DNA of 62,898 bases, counting the filler, from Aduncisulcus paluster (lineage: Eukaryota), in assembly GCA_024181965.1 (NCBI GenBank). It is 9 parts of 9 records of this genome, joined end to end, with 100 filler letters (N's around TTAATTAATTAA, not from the genome) between each part and the next. Parts side by side here need not be neighbours in the genome. Positions count along the whole stretch, not along the records: positions 58,680 to 60,953 come from BQXS01000091.1; positions 61,054 to 62,898 come from BQXS01000092.1; 7 more parts are not named here. One strand, 5' to 3'. How positions within the stretch are numbered: the first letter of the stretch is position 1; each line of letters opens with the position of its first letter. The position numbers were made by a program, and so were the translations under genes. Positions 60,336-62,898 of the stretch are shown one piece after another. The notes beneath the pieces were generated by a model, which did no database searches, was not told the origin of the DNA, and was given only the letters and a program-made list of their open reading frames with translations.

Positions 60336-61053
60336 TTGAATAGAGATAGAATTTCTTATCTAAAAAATAATAAAAACAAGCAGAATAATGAATGAATCCG
60401 GTTAAAATATTTCTTAATATACATTTAATAAAAGATATGACATATAGTAAACATACAATTTGCTTGTACGACGAGAAAAAATGGAGGACTGAACAAGCAA
60501 CCCTTCAATAGATAAGATTGGAAAATTAAAAAAACACATATAAACGAGTTAAATGCTGGTAAATGCTAAAAACATGTTTTATTTTCATTTCCATGCCATG
60601 GTGTTTATTCTCGATATCTCAGGCTTTTGGAGACAATACCCTTTAATATTCTTCAATGCCTTTCTTCCCTTTTTTATTTCTGTCTTTTTAGTATCTCCCT
60701 TTCTCAAATGAATGCATCCGCTTCTCAGGCTTTTGGAGAACCCTCAGGACTGGATATACTTCCATTTCACGCGTTAAGAACATTTATGAACGATTTCAAT
60801 GCTATTCAATAACATGGATATATTTCCATTTCATTTCTATCCTTATCCTTGCCTTTCTGTTTCATTTTCACTTGCTTTTGCTTACAATCAAAAATATCAA
60901 GAACCCGGAATACGATGGTATACATATGTCTGTATACTGCTACGAATCTAATCNNNNNNNNNNNNNNNNNNNNNNNNNNNNNNNNNNNNNNNNNNNNTTA
61001 ATTAATTAANNNNNNNNNNNNNNNNNNNNNNNNNNNNNNNNNNNNNNNNNNNN

Positions 61054-62898
61054 TATAAACATCCACTCTTCATAATACTCTATATCTCCATATATTCTCA
61101 TCCAATCTTTGGCATATGGTTTGATGAGGGTGAAAATGGATGATCGAGTGGAGGAAGATTTGGAGATATTTCTGAGGGTAGTCAACAACCACTTTGGAAT
61201 ATTCCCTTTCAACTTTTCCTTGCTTCCTCTGTCAAGAATGCGGTGGAAAGTGGGAGATATCTTGGGGAAGAAGGAATCCCATTTATCTTGAACTTTGAAA
61301 GTATAACTGAGACAAATGCTACAATACTCTTCATCAACAGCTGCTCCCAATATACTCTCAACTCTTGATAGATGATCAATGAAAGTGTCAATGAGATCAT
61401 TCATATCAGAAATAGGGAGATAGATAGTTTCAGAGAAATCATGACAAACAAACCATCTTAAACATTGACAACACAAAACAATCTCCCTTTTGTGTTCTTC
61501 TATTTCACCTCTCGATTGGCATGCAAGGAAGACAGAGAGAATGGATGCTCGATGTTCGTGGTATAATTTAGAAGTTGACTCTGAGTCTGGACATTTCTTA
61601 ATAGTATCAATCAAATCACCCCATTTCTTGAGGTGAGGATAACAATTTGTGAAAAACTTTGAACAAAAACTCTCCCAACCTCCATTATTTTTACACCACT
61701 CCATGTGGGTGTCATATTTAGGAGATAAGAGAGGAACAAGAGATGGAGAAGTGGATAGCATGGAAATGAGTTGTGACCAGTATTTGATTCCCCATTCATG
61801 TCTCTTCTTCTTCACAGCTTCATACCAACCATCGAGAAGATCCTTGATGTTGTCATATATTTCTTGAACATGGGAGGGATCAGAACACAGGTTTGAGAAG
61901 AAATCTAAAACATCAGCATAATCTTTTTCAACAATCTTATCTCCAGAACACTCTCTCTTAACAAAATCAAGAATAGGGTGGAAGAATGGCCATGATTCGG
62001 AACAGATAGCTTTGTTTGGAGAATCATCTTCTGGTGACCAAGTAAGGTTTTTCAATATGACAAACCACTGTTTATAATACTCTGTATCCCCATATATTCT
62101 CATCCAATCTTTGACATATGGTTTGATGAGGGTGAAGATGGATGATAGAGTGGAAGAAGAAGAAGAATTGGAAATATTTTTGAAGGTCATTAATAGCCAC
62201 TTTGGAACATTCCCTTCCAACTTTTCCTTGCTTCCTCTTTCGAGAATGCGGTGGAAAGTGGGTGATATCTTGGGGAGGAATGGATTCCTTTTATCTCGAA
62301 CTTCGAAAGTATAATTAGTACAAATCCAACAATACTCTTCATCAACAGCTCCTTCCAATATACTCTCAACTCTTGATATATGATCAATGAAAGTGTCAAT
62401 GAGATCATTTAGATCAGGAATAGGGAGAAAGATACTCTTTCCAGAAATAGAATGTCTAACAAACCATCTTAAACATTGACAACACAGAACAATCTCCCTT
62501 TTATGTTCTTCTATTTCACCTCTCGATTGGCATGCAAGGAAGACAGAGAGAATGGATGCTCGATGTTCGTGGTAAATTTTTGAAGTTGACTCTGAGTCTG
62601 AACATTTCTTAATAGTATCAACCAAAGTTTTATGATCAAATTCATCAACAACCCGCATCAATACAGAAGATATTTGAGGAATCAGTTTGGACTTGAAATC
62701 ATCAACTGTCTCTTCAGCAATCAACACAATATGAACCAATGCTCTTTCAATAACAATAAGACCTTCATTACCTTTTCCTTCGGTATCTTCATCCAGCTTT
62801 CTCAGAGAAGATACAACTCGAATCATGGGTGCTAAAAAGGTCTCAATCAAATCTTTGAAAGACTCTTCATCAAGTGTCAATGTGCTCACACTTCCAGC
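61054..62898 (-). CDS. alpha-helical (ARM/HEAT-like) long-repeat protein, partial at both ends
   Basis: DTIKKC.DSESTSK.YHEHRASILSVFLACQSRGEIEEHKREIVLCCQCLRWFV recurs with ~1011-bp period. Confidence 0.75.

Noticed and set aside
13794-61053. Recurrent TTAATTAATTAA motif in N runs
   Set aside because: Artificial six-frame-stop contig linker. Adjacency across these spacers has no biological meaning.

Overview
This is eukaryotic DNA, not prokaryotic. It is a concatenation of nine draft contigs joined by artificial 100-nt spacers (N44-TTAATTAATTAA-N44), plus six ~20-N gaps flanked by duplicated overlaps. Genes are compact and almost intron-free with AT-rich intergenic DNA. Beta-tubulin, a DZIP1-like gene and the expanded orphan families suggest a flagellated protist; my unverified guess is a fornicate/Carpediemonas-like organism such as Aduncisulcus. 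Recognisable genes: beta-tubulin, SPATA20/YyaL-like, pecanex-like, a very divergent TBP-like protein, TMEM120, tRNA-Leu(AAG), TPX2-like, a Myb protein, an MFS transporter, DZIP1-like, a cNMP-binding protein, thiamine pyrophosphokinase and a PssA-like CDP-alcohol transferase. Contig 35048-48863 is a nested transposon island: a hAT end with a cargo ORF, four Ty3/gypsy-like relics, a 96-bp solo LTR, an 8-bp-TSD MITE and a DIRS-type RT. Other contigs carry a Harbinger/ISL2EU end and a CRE-like RLE retroelement. The best candidate for a new system is a pair of diverged gypsy-like elements that both have the palindrome GTATTAATAC, instead of a tRNA PBS, directly after the LTR's TACA end, and both carry tRNA-like A/B-box motifs in the LTR. 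Also notable: the TBP-like protein, a tandem DOC-like-domain family with and without a kinase, GTATGT 5'-UTR introns, and chained-palindrome junction scars. All family calls come from motif recognition by eye; no searches were run.
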